From the IMG/VR virus record IMGVR_UViG_2711768006_000005: 8,806 nucleotides of DNA, one strand, 5' to 3'. The notes beneath the pieces were generated by a model, which had not been told where the DNA came from, made no database searches, and saw nothing but the letters and a program-made list of their open reading frames with translations. This stretch comes from a virus (Duplodnaviria > Heunggongvirae > Uroviricota > Caudoviricetes). This document shows, in pieces, positions 1 to 7,739 of this stretch. Numbering within the stretch: position 1 is the stretch's first letter; the number at the start of each line of letters is the position of its first letter. Both the position numbers and the translations under genes were made by a program.

Positions 1-83
1 AGGGACAGCTGATAGAAACAGAAGCCACTGGAGCACCTCAAAAACACCATCATACACTAAATCAGTAAGTTGGCAGCATCACC
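1..83 (-). mobile_element. IS1: IS1 terminal segment (outer ~83 bp including the left inverted repeat); body of the element lies beyond the left edge of the window
   Basis: Reverse complement of 1-83 reads GGTGATGCTGCCAACTTACTGATTTAGTGTATGATGGTGTTTTTGAGGTGCTCCAGTGGCTTCTGTTTCTATCAGCTGTCCCT, which I recognise from memory as the IS1 left end (IRL GGTGATGCTGCCAACTTACTGAT). Terminus at position 83, 15 bp from the stop of the adjacent head gene. Confidence 0.85.
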
Positions 84-98
84 TCATTCGTCTGTTCC

Positions 99-605
99 TT
101 AAATCTTCCAGGAAATTTCTGCATTGCCGTCAGCATCACCGGCACCTGTGAATTCAGCGTTGGTCAGCACCACGTTTTTGCCACTGACTGACGTGGACAT
201 GAATCCACCCAGCGGCACTTTGATGGATTCATCAGTGGAGACGACAACGTATACCGGATCGCCTTTTTTGATAGTGCTGGCATCAAAATCAGAACCGAGA
301 TTAACGGTCACGTAGCCACGCTTCATGGCGTCGCCCGGGAAGTTCTTGCCTGTTCCCACCTGGCGAACCATGTCCGGCTGCGACGTGGTCGGATAAGGGC
401 GCACGTAGATCCCCTTCACCTTGTCTGCGGTATCACCATCTGCCAGCGGCACGAAAAAACCGTCATCATCGTATTTACCAGCCAGGCCATAGGCAGCGAA
501 GGCGTTATCGGATTTAAGGACCACCGGTTCGACGGTTAAGTCCTGCGGGCGAGAGACAGCCCCGGCAATGCCAACAGGCATCCGGTACAGAAATACATTA
601 TTCAT
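99..605 (-). CDS. Small phage head-associated structural protein (168 aa), possibly decoration/cement-like; function not established
   Basis: Intact 168-aa ORF with ATG at 603-605, only 3 nt after the stop of the upstream gene (609-611), consistent with translational coupling in a head operon. Position immediately after a scaffold-like gene. No motif I can name with certainty. Confidence 0.65.
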   Translation of the reverse strand: MNNVFLYRMPVGIAGAVSRPQDLTVEPVVLKSDNAFAAYGLAGKYDDDGFFVPLADGDTADKVKGIYVRPYPTTSQPDMVRQVGTGKNFPGDAMKRGYVTVNLGSDFDASTIKKGDPVYVVVSTDESIKVPLGGFMSTSVSGKNVVLTNAEFTGAGDADGNAEISWKI

Positions 606-608
606 TTT

Positions 609-1829
609 TTACCCTTTACGGTTTGCCCAGAATTCAGCGTTTTGTTTGTTCAGGGAAGCGATACTGGTCATGCCCATGTTTAGGCGCTGTGCATCGCCGG
701 TGGTGGCGCGGGTGTTTCGCCCTTTGGCAACCTCAGACACGGCATTAAACGCCATGTCGACCGATTGTTTCGGTAATTTGCGGATATCCGCATCACCGAC
801 TATCTGGCGAACCAGCGTTTTGTCAGCAGAAGCCAGAACCTCGCGTTTGAACGCGGTCGGTTTCATCTTACGGCTCAGATCGATACCCGGAACGATAACT
901 TCGGCACGCCAGGCTGAGTCACCAGTAATCGTGGTTTCCTCTTCATCGTCCTCGCCGTCACCGGTCGGATTATCGTCAGGCTTATTATCGTTATCGCCCG
1001 TGGCATTTCTTTCCAGCTTAGCCAGCAGGGCTTTCAGTAATGTTTTGAGGTCATCATCACTGTCGCCGGTTGGATCTCCGCCCATCTCTGGTGCTTTGTC
1101 CGGTAGTGGTTGCTGCGGGGACAGGTTGATGTTGAGATTAACGCCCTGCGGCAAATCCCCCTCATCTCCTGTAACCGATGCGGGAGCCGACTCCACCAGT
1201 TCGTTCATGGTGTCGGCATCTCCTGTCTTGATGGCCGCACGCATGCGGTTCCACCAGTTTTTCTTTTGATTTGCCATTGTGTCTCTGTCTCCAATTGCAC
1301 AACGATTTCCGGCTCTGCCTTTAGGGACAAGAGCCACATGGTTTCCGGTAATATCGACCTGCTCGGCTTTACCTGGCTCGGTCTGCTCGTACTCCGCGTC
1401 ATAGCCGCACGACACTTCGCGCAGGCCATCTTCGATAAGCTGAATGGCGCTTTCGTCTTTGACGATAAGGTCAGCCAGCATCAAATCAGACTGCTCACCC
1501 GTCCCGCGCCGGACATTCTGGAGGTGCCCGACAGCAAGCTCTTTCCAGTTCTCGGGATTTACCAGCCGCACATTCCCGTTTTCATCTTCAGGATGCAGGA
1601 TCGTGATGCTCATCCCTTCGAATGAGGCAAGCGTGGCCGGATGGAATACCTGCTCAGGAGAACGCGTGACGACTATTTCACCGAACTTATCGGGTTTCAG
1701 TTTTGGCAGGTCATCAGCACCATAGAGCTGCTTACCTGTTCGTCCTATCGGCACGTCTTTGCACAGCAACGAGCCGTCAGCCAGGCGGTATCGGGTTTCC
1801 CCGAGCCTGGTCTCAAAAAAGTATTTCAT
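609..1829 (-). CDS. Phage head morphogenesis / scaffold-like protein (406 aa), DUF2213-like by recollection
   Basis: Intact ORF. ATG 1827-1829 lies 3 nt after the stop of the MuF-like gene (1833-1835). Central acidic low-complexity tract (e.g. DSDDDLKTLLKALLAKLERNATGDNDNKPDDNPTGDGEDDEEETT) typical of scaffolding proteins. Sits between MuF-like and small head protein genes. Confidence 0.6.
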   Translation of the reverse strand: MKYFFETRLGETRYRLADGSLLCKDVPIGRTGKQLYGADDLPKLKPDKFGEIVVTRSPEQVFHPATLASFEGMSITILHPEDENGNVRLVNPENWKELAVGHLQNVRRGTGEQSDLMLADLIVKDESAIQLIEDGLREVSCGYDAEYEQTEPGKAEQVDITGNHVALVPKGRAGNRCAIGDRDTMANQKKNWWNRMRAAIKTGDADTMNELVESAPASVTGDEGDLPQGVNLNINLSPQQPLPDKAPEMGGDPTGDSDDDLKTLLKALLAKLERNATGDNDNKPDDNPTGDGEDDEEETTITGDSAWRAEVIVPGIDLSRKMKPTAFKREVLASADKTLVRQIVGDADIRKLPKQSVDMAFNAVSEVAKGRNTRATTGDAQRLNMGMTSIASLNKQNAEFWANRKG

Positions 1830-1832
1830 GGG

Positions 1833-2615
1833 TTATGCTGCCCTTTTCATTGCGAATGGAACGCGAACAAACACGATCTCTTTATAGCAGCGGCAGTTTG
1901 GCAGCTCGCCCGCGTGGCCGGTCATGCCGTCCAAAGTTGGAGGTGAATCCCAGCGGACGAATTTACCTTTCATGTGATCGTGGGAATCTCGGACATCGCC
2001 ATCATCGGCTGTACGCCAAATATAACCATCCGAGCCAATAGCTATCGCTCGGGCCATATCCAGCGCGCCCGTTGCTCTTCCCAGTTCCGTTCGGGCAATC
2101 AGATCGGCCCTAGACTTAGCAACATCGCCGGTAGATGCAATCTCTTTAGCAAACTGCTCCGCCCGACCACCGGTGACAACAGCCTCTATCGCTTTGTTCT
2201 GGATGTCGTACACCCTGTCTGCGGCCTCGAGAGGCAGAGATTTGATGTACTTGACCTGTTCGGCGATGATGGATTGCATCACCTGGCCCACAGGAGCGCT
2301 TTCCACAAGATTGCGGAGCTCGCGACTGATGTTCTTGCTGTGTTGCCGCCAAACTTTCTCGTTCTGCCGGGTTAGGTCCGCAGTAAAGTTTTCCGCGACC
2401 TTTGTCGCCCAGGGGGTGATGATTTCACTGTAACGCTCCAGCGCCGCAATAATTTCCGTGATACTGTCATTTGAACCATCGTAGCGACCATTTACGATGT
2501 CTCCGACCGCCCTCGCTATCCTGCGTAGGCTGGTTCGATACCGGATTTCCGCCTGACGGCTCCTGCGGTTCGTCATCAGGTTCGCCGATGCCGGGCGGCG
2601 CTTCATCTTCGGCAT
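1833..2615 (-). CDS. Phage minor head protein, Mu F-like / SPP1 gp7 family (260 aa as given by the first ATG; true start uncertain)
   Basis: C-terminal region ...WRTADDGDVRDSHDHMKGKFVRWDSPPTLDGMTGHAGELPNCRCYKE resembles the conserved Mu F-like head-morphogenesis domain. Follows the portal gene as in Mu/SPP1-type head modules. The first ATG (2615) would overlap the portal 3' end by 149 nt, so the start may be an internal ATG (2606 or 2576) or a non-ATG codon. Confidence 0.75.
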   Translation of the reverse strand: MPKMKRRPASANLMTNRRSRQAEIRYRTSLRRIARAVGDIVNGRYDGSNDSITEIIAALERYSEIITPWATKVAENFTADLTRQNEKVWRQHSKNISRELRNLVESAPVGQVMQSIIAEQVKYIKSLPLEAADRVYDIQNKAIEAVVTGGRAEQFAKEIASTGDVAKSRADLIARTELGRATGALDMARAIAIGSDGYIWRTADDGDVRDSHDHMKGKFVRWDSPPTLDGMTGHAGELPNCRCYKEIVFVRVPFAMKRAA

Positions 2616-3933
2616 TCTCGATGTCCTCGTCGGTAATGGATGCCCCGATGCCGGTTACGTCAGAATTTTCTCGCAAATCAGTCATAGCGGCTTTCAGTGT
2701 CATCAGACCATCACCCAGCGCCGTACTGATTGCGTTGGTGGTGTTTAACGCCACCGTTGAGCGATCGACATCAGACATTTGCCAGAGCGGGTTAAACTCA
2801 AACGTGAAATCGTCCGGCAGCGGCTTGCCAAGTTCCGAACGATGCATGATGTCCAGTATCCGCCGCACCGGAAGACGTAAACGCCTCTCCTGCAACGAAC
2901 TGATGCGATCGTAATAGTTGGCAAGGTCTGCATCACCGGTAGAAAATCCTTTCGGGGACTGTCCGAACAACCGCACCAGTGGGATACCAACAGCGCCACT
3001 AATCTGTTCTACAAACTGCGAAAGGATGTCATCCAGACCACTGAAGCTGTACTGATGGGTTTCAAACTTATCCCGCGAGTCCATGAGCGTCATGCCTTCA
3101 TTACTCTGGAACTGTCGAATCAGGTCGATATTCTTCAGCAACGCTTCATACGCAGGACCACCAAGTGCGATAAGCTCGCGTAGCTTCTCCACGCTGTAGG
3201 TACGCAAATGCGCCTTGTAGACCAGCTGCGCCGCGCCGACAGTAGCGCTGTCGAACGCGGTAAGACGATCCCAGATACGCTCTACAACCGACATTCCCCA
3301 TTCGTTCTCGGTCATCTTCTGCTGAAATGGCAACGTGACGCCATCAAAGCGAATCAGGCGACTGTGATGAATGCGCCAGGCAGGAATTCCCGTTGCTGTG
3401 GTCACCACATCGTAAAACTCAGGTTTACCCAGGTCCGGCCCCATATCTTTAATGCGGCGGGTCAGTGCCGGGTCGACCATCCAGCGGTCGAGCGGGAGAA
3501 TCCCCTTAAACTTGCCCTTACCGATGGTTTCGGGTCGCAGCGGGGTCATTGGTGCCTACCCCTCAATCATGATGAAACCCACCGCGCCGCCGTAGAGGCG
3601 CGACCATTTCAGCACGTCATTCAGCGCATCCCAGATTTGCAACTCATCCAGTTGTGATTCGAGAATGCCACGATCTTTTGCATCAATTTCCGAAGTGATG
3701 CGAATGCCTTTGCGGGTCATATCATCCGGGATAGCATCGACTGCTTCGCCGATGATCTAGGATGAACGATAGGACCATTCCACCAGCATGCGGTTACGAC
3801 TGGTGAAATTAGCCCGGTAGGTGGATGCTGAGTGCTGGTTAGGTGTCTGCATCCCTACGCGGGCAATAAAATTCTCATAACCATCAGCTGTGGCCTGCAC
3901 AGTTCGCCGCAGGGCTTGTTTGTTTCGTGCCAT
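2467..3933 (-). pseudogene. Phage portal protein gene interrupted by two in-frame TAG (amber) codons (minus-strand codons at 3757-3759 and 3556-3558)
   Basis: ATG at 3931-3933 overlaps the terminase stop (ATGA). I translated by hand: MARNKQALRRTVQATADGYENFIARVGMQTPNQHSASTYRANFTSRNRMLVEWSYRSS-TAG-IIGEAVDAIPDDMTRKGIRITSEIDAKDRGILESQLDELQIWDALNDVLKWSRLYGGAVGFIMIEG-TAG-APMTPLRPETIGKGKF..., continuing in the same frame as the 360-aa ORF 2467-3549. Total about 488 codons, the size and position expected for a portal directly after terminase large subunit. No frameshift is needed to join the three segments. Confidence 0.75.
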
Positions 3934-5336
3934 CAGGCCTGTCTCCCCAGCTGTTCCCAGATATCCAGCGATGTATCGATTGGCGCGAAGGCCATAATGA
4001 ATGCATCAGCAACGTTTGGTGACGGTATCTCGCGTTTTGCGAGGTCTTTTTTACTTTCGACCATCACACGTCCGTTACGGTCGAAATCACGATGAGGTGT
4101 TGTCAGTTCCAGTTTCAGCTTTTCAAGCAACGGACAACGAGAATCTATGCTGATCAGCTCATCCACAGGATACTGTTCTCCGTTGTTAATGGCGTTAAAC
4201 GTATTTCTGAAACGGTCAGCCACCAGCCACCATGCCTGAGCCTTAAGATTTGCGAAAAAGTCTTTGTTGGGGATGCCGTTGTACTCGTCATCTGGCTCAT
4301 GCACACCAGCACCGGCGTTAAACCTCTGGTAATTCACACGTCGCGCGTATGCGTTCTCGCTCTTCCGGTCAGCGTTAATTTCAGAGAATTTAGCACCGGC
4401 AGACGCACCAACACCGATAGAGTCGTAAACAATATCTGCTTCACGCTCCAGCGCCGCCTGATAAGTACGCTGGCAGCTCTTCAGTAATTCATCTTCTTTG
4501 GCCTTCCATTCGTCGGCCCAGAAAACAACGGATCCGTGACGGTAAACGTTAGCGCACTTATCTGTACCACTGTCAGCCACGTCAAAGCCAATACGCTTTC
4601 TTCCACTGGGTTCGAAATTTAACGTTTTGTGCGCATCCACTGCGGCTTCTATCCAAGACAGTTTGATGATTGCCGCATCATCATCAGACTCCGGAACGCC
4701 CTCATACACATGTTTAAAACCATCCGGATCACGGCGTCGCGCCGCGTCGATAACCTTAAGCATGGTGTCAGACAGAAACGGATTTTCGTCATAGTTAATT
4801 TTGCGGATGAGAGTGCCTTCGGGCGGATCAACAACGAAGTTGCGCCAGACGAAATCAGTAACAAGTCCGGGGTTGAATATGAACCAGCATTCCGAACCCT
4901 CTTTACGGATCGTTGGCTCCAGAATTTTCCACTGGTATTCCGTCAGTGCGTGGGCTTCTTCCAGCCACAACACATCGATCCCCTCCAGTGACTTAATTTC
5001 TTCGATGTTGCGCCATAATCCATAAAAAACAAATTCCGAGCCAGTAACCCGGTTAATGATTTTGTTGTTCAGAATACGGAAACGGTGCCGCAGACCAAAC
5101 CTGTCTATCTGAATTTTGAGCAGGGTATACACCGACTCTTCGATTTTATTCTGGATCTGACGGGCACAACAAAAACGCAGGGTGTATTTATTCGACAGAA
5201 ATATGGCAATGCCAGCGGCATCCCATGATTTTGACGATGACCGACCACCATAAAGCACTTTGTTACGTGCCCGCATAGTCCAGAAACTACGTAAAGCCGG
5301 ATTCAGCGTCGGTTTGGATGTCAGAGTAGAAGTCAT
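3933..5336 (-). CDS. terL: Terminase large subunit, PBSX/Sf6-like family (about 467 aa from ATG 5334-5336)
   Basis: N-terminal P-loop-like YGGRSSSKSW, Walker B-like IDVLWLEEA, and a C-terminal half of nuclease-domain size. The ORF is open back to 5444, but the ATG at 5336 gives MTSTLTSKPTLNP... and about 28 residues before the P-loop, which I judge more typical. This start overlaps the small-subunit gene by about 50 nt. Stop TGA 3933-3935 overlaps the portal ATG. Confidence 0.85.
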   Translation of the reverse strand: MTSTLTSKPTLNPALRSFWTMRARNKVLYGGRSSSKSWDAAGIAIFLSNKYTLRFCCARQIQNKIEESVYTLLKIQIDRFGLRHRFRILNNKIINRVTGSEFVFYGLWRNIEEIKSLEGIDVLWLEEAHALTEYQWKILEPTIRKEGSECWFIFNPGLVTDFVWRNFVVDPPEGTLIRKINYDENPFLSDTMLKVIDAARRRDPDGFKHVYEGVPESDDDAAIIKLSWIEAAVDAHKTLNFEPSGRKRIGFDVADSGTDKCANVYRHGSVVFWADEWKAKEDELLKSCQRTYQAALEREADIVYDSIGVGASAGAKFSEINADRKSENAYARRVNYQRFNAGAGVHEPDDEYNGIPNKDFFANLKAQAWWLVADRFRNTFNAINNGEQYPVDELISIDSRCPLLEKLKLELTTPHRDFDRNGRVMVESKKDLAKREIPSPNVADAFIMAFAPIDTSLDIWEQLGRQA

Positions 5337-6051
5337 TGAGGTCACGCTCTCCATTGCCATCATCAATACCTGCATCACGGCGAAGACGATCAGCCTCCAG
5401 AGACACCTTATCAGTGGCGGCCTTGCGGTAGGCTGTATCAGCAAATATTTTTCCTACCGTCGCAAGCGTGCCAACGATGGACTCAATACGAACTGTATTG
5501 CGCATCATTGCTTTCTCGGCGGCGCTGATATTTTCAATCAGCATCTTCCTTTCCTGGTCCCCATTAGCATCTTCCAGCGACACCAACCACCGACCAATAT
5601 TCTCTGCAGCGACAAGGTTGTTAGCACGAAGGCGAAATAATTCGTCCTCGAGCGTCAACGCTTTAGCGTCCTCTATCACCTCATCTTTGAGCAGAAGGCG
5701 ACGGGCATAACCACCGTGTTTTAATGCCTGCTGGTTACCGGGTTGGAATGGGTTAGTCGGGGGATCGGTACGCATTCCGCGTATCGGTTTCGTATCCGGT
5801 GTAGATTCTGTTTTTAGTTGCGTACTTTTTTGTGTAAGGCCAGTAATGGCAGGCTTTCTGCTGGTACGCACTTTCCTTTTTTGCGTACCATTTTTGCAAA
5901 CCTGCGTACCGCCACTGCGTGCCCAACCAAGCTTTTTGGCCCTCTTCCTGATAGCCCCTTCTGTAACGCCGTATTTCTCGCCTATATCACGGAGGCTAAG
6001 GACTCCGGCCCGGTATGCCGATTCGATGGCCTCCCAGTCCGGTTTTGCCAT
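5287..6051 (-). CDS. terS: Terminase small subunit (254 aa) with N-terminal helix-turn-helix DNA-binding region
   Basis: Intact ORF immediately upstream of, and overlapping, the large terminase gene. N-terminal AIESAYRAGVLSLRDIGEKYGVTEGAIRKRAKKLGW looks like an HTH. GGAAG Shine-Dalgarno-like sequence 8 nt upstream of ATG 6049-6051. Stop is TAG. Confidence 0.7.
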   Translation of the reverse strand: MAKPDWEAIESAYRAGVLSLRDIGEKYGVTEGAIRKRAKKLGWARSGGTQVCKNGTQKRKVRTSRKPAITGLTQKSTQLKTESTPDTKPIRGMRTDPPTNPFQPGNQQALKHGGYARRLLLKDEVIEDAKALTLEDELFRLRANNLVAAENIGRWLVSLEDANGDQERKMLIENISAAEKAMMRNTVRIESIVGTLATVGKIFADTAYRKAATDKVSLEADRLRRDAGIDDGNGERDLNDFYSDIQTDAESGFT

Positions 6052-6165
6052 GATTATGCTTCCTGTGATTTACTGTTATCGCTGCCTGTCACAATAGGTT
6101 GCTTTAATTCTTCCTCATCACTCACTCCTGCGACGCTCCGTGGCAGGGCCCCCCACAGGAGTACC

Positions 6166-6195
6166 TTGTAAATGTAAGGTGTTTAAGCCTAAATT
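6166..6195 (+). promoter_or_regulatory. Candidate sigma70-type promoter for the plus-strand DedA-like gene (TTGTAA - 18 nt - TAAATT)
   Basis: TTGTAA at 6166-6171 and TAAATT at 6190-6195 with an 18-nt spacer, about 50 nt upstream of the ATG at 6249, in an AT-rich divergent intergenic region. Hexamer match only; no experimental support. Confidence 0.25.
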
Positions 6196-6248
6196 AAGTC
6201 GTATCACGGTTAAATAGCAAAGAAAAATTCACAGAAGGAAAGACATTG

Positions 6249-6758
6249 ATGGAGTGGATAAATGCTTTGATGAACTATTTTGTACTTCATCCATATCGCC
6301 TATGGGGGCTTCTTTTTATAATAGCGTTCACAAAATCCACTTTACTCATTTCGGCGATATTGCCACCAGCATCAATTATGATGGCCACTGTAATTACAGT
6401 CAGCAAGACGACTCTTTCACCATGGGAAGCTGGAATCACGGTCATGAGTGGCGCATGGTGCGGTACTATCGTTAATTACCATCTTGGTATAATAATTGGG
6501 CATATCCCTCAACTTGCATGTATAATATCAAGCCGTTCCAATACAATAGAACGGGTTCGCCTTCAGTTGCAAAATAACTCTGTGTCAATACTTTTCACTT
6601 CGCGCTTTATCGCCGTGCTGCGTTATATTGCTCCTTTGGTGGCAGGAATGTTGCAACTTCATCCAGTGAAAGTGTATACAGTGAGTCTGATTTCAGCTGC
6701 TAGCTGGTCAGCACTTTATGTTGGTAGTTTTAGCTTCGTGTTGCCTTTTTTTAGCTAA
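6249..6758 (+). CDS. DedA-family (SNARE-associated, PF09335-like) small inner-membrane protein, 169 aa, carried as an AT-rich moron
   Basis: Only convincing plus-strand gene. ATG 6249 is preceded by AAGGAA 6 nt upstream; the ORF track's 6246 start is a TTG three nt earlier. Mostly hydrophobic with several predicted TM segments. Contains DedA-like motifs GTIVNYHLGIIIG and SRFIAVLRYIAPLVAG (two Arg six residues apart followed by P..AG). Visibly lower GC than the flanking phage genes. Confidence 0.65.
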   Translation: MEWINALMNYFVLHPYRLWGLLFIIAFTKSTLLISAILPPASIMMATVITVSKTTLSPWEAGITVMSGAWCGTIVNYHLGIIIGHIPQLACIISSRSNTIERVRLQLQNNSVSILFTSRFIAVLRYIAPLVAGMLQLHPVKVYTVSLISAASWSALYVGSFSFVLPFFS

Positions 6759-6846
6759 ACTGCCCATAAAAAGCTCTTGCGAATCCAGCTTCCCCCATTC
6801 CTCTGACAACAGAATCTGATTTGAAGGATAATGAGTAAAATTACCG

Positions 6847-7317
6847 CTACCCCCCAAGGCATTGGATCCTGATGTACTCCTGAAGCATTCTCAATGCTGT
6901 CTGGTCGCTGATGATTCCGTCCCGGATACCGAGAACGTTTCGTCCAGCAACTGGAGAGAGTTCGACGGTGGCATCATTGCCCATGCCGGAGGCGCTGGAG
7001 GTTTCGGCTGAGGATGGCACAGAGCATTTTCCTTTGACGAGCACCCGACCACCATTATCAAGCTTGCGCCGAAGAGCATCATTTTCAGCTTTCGCATCAG
7101 CTAACTCCTTCGTGTATTTAGCATCGAGTGCATCAGCAGCACGCTGGCGCTGCTGCATGTCAGTAATGGTTGCGTTCGCCAGCTTCAGTTCTCTTGCGTT
7201 TTTGTCGCGCTGCTCTTTGTAGGTAATGGCGTTATCACGGTAATGATTAACAGCCCATGACAGGCGGACGATGATGCAGATAACCAGAGCGGAGATAATC
7301 GCGGTGACTCTGCTCAT
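6847..7317 (-). CDS. Rz: Rz-type inner-membrane spanin (i-spanin), copy 2, with a divergent C-terminal half
   Basis: From ATG 7315-7317, which overlaps the stop of the R remnant (ATGA): [59 protein letters not shown]... The N-terminal ~85 aa is nearly identical to copy 1 and lambda Rz; the C-terminal half is unrelated to copy 1. The ORF track shows a 12-nt longer ORF (7329). Stop is TAG. Confidence 0.8.
   Translation of the reverse strand: MSRVTAIISALVICIIVRLSWAVNHYRDNAITYKEQRDKNARELKLANATITDMQQRQRAADALDAKYTKELADAKAENDALRRKLDNGGRVLVKGKCSVPSSAETSSASGMGNDATVELSPVAGRNVLGIRDGIISDQTALRMLQEYIRIQCLGG
6891..7097 (-). CDS. Rz1: Rz1-type outer-membrane lipoprotein spanin (o-spanin), copy 2, embedded in Rz copy 2 in another frame
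   Basis: 68-aa ORF wholly inside Rz copy 2 in a different frame. [23 protein letters not shown] has a signal peptide and lipobox (VVGC), followed by a proline-rich stretch [11 protein letters not shown]. Differs from copy 1 after the lipobox. Confidence 0.75.
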   Translation of the reverse strand: MRKLKMMLFGASLIMVVGCSSKENALCHPQPKPPAPPAWAMMPPSNSLQLLDETFSVSGTESSATRQH

Positions 7318-7405
7318 TGCTGCCCCCACAAACAGACTTCACGCTCAATCTCACGACGGGTCATCAGCCCTTTCCATTGCTTACCGCCAGCATATGTCCA
7401 GCGAC
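7314..7405 (-). pseudogene. 3' remnant of a second R-type endolysin gene (last ~30 codons), abutting the N run
   Basis: 7318-7405 is near-identical to 8205-8305 (the 3' end of R copy 1) and encodes ...[29 protein letters not shown]-stop. The few differences are synonymous (e.g. GGG vs GGT, CAG vs CAA). The 5' part is either missing or hidden in the N run. Confidence 0.7.
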
Positions 7406-7655
7406 NNNNNNNNNNNNNNNNNNNNNNNNNNNNNNNNNNNNNNNNNNNNNNNNNNNNNNNNNNNNNNNNNNNNNNNNNNNNNNNNNNNNNNNNNNNNNNN
7501 NNNNNNNNNNNNNNNNNNNNNNNNNNNNNNNNNNNNNNNNNNNNNNNNNNNNNNNNNNNNNNNNNNNNNNNNNNNNNNNNNNNNNNNNNNNNNNNNNNNN
7601 NNNNNNNNNNNNNNNNNNNNNNNNNNNNNNNNNNNNNNNNNNNNNNNNNNNNNNN
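7406..7655. other. Run of 250 N: unresolved or masked sequence
   Basis: Directly visible. Flanked by the repeated R/Rz sequence on the left and by the start of an unknown minus-strand ORF on the right. Confidence 1.
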
Positions 7656-7697
7656 ACATCCACGCTTACGGCAGGCACGTGGGATTAGTGATGGCAT
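7656..7697 (-). CDS. 5' end of an unknown ORF downstream of Rz copy 1 (first 14 codons, MPSLIPRACRKRGC...), continuing into the N run
   Basis: ATG at 7695-7697 preceded by GAGG 6 nt upstream. Same strand as, and 40 nt downstream of, the Rz stop. The rest is hidden by N, so length and identity are unknown. Confidence 0.3.
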
Positions 7698-7739
7698 AAA
7701 TACCTCATACCCTGCGAAATGTTTACCACGATAAAAAGG

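Noticed and set aside
568-1269. Long plus-strand ORFs antisense to the head genes (e.g. 568-1269, 1110-1625, 1703-2041, 2471-2914, 3208-3657, 4092-4487)
   Set aside because: They lie entirely within well-supported minus-strand genes, have low-complexity Ser/Arg/Cys-rich translations and no credible initiation context. They are typical antisense artefacts of GC-rich coding sequence.
3556-3759. Possibility that the two in-frame TAG codons reflect amber codon reassignment or programmed readthrough
   Set aside because: TAG is used as the genuine stop codon of several genes in this same window (terS and both Rz copies), so reassignment is not supported. Pseudogenisation or a suppressor background is more parsimonious.
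6254-6475. Alternative-frame 73-aa ORF inside the DedA-like gene
   Set aside because: It overlaps the better-supported frame, which has a Shine-Dalgarno sequence and DedA motifs, and has no features of its own.
7271-7699. ORFs in the six-frame track that span the N run (poly-X translations)
   Set aside because: They are artefacts of translating N. Only the real flanking sequence was interpreted: the R remnant on the left and the 14-codon ORF start on the right.
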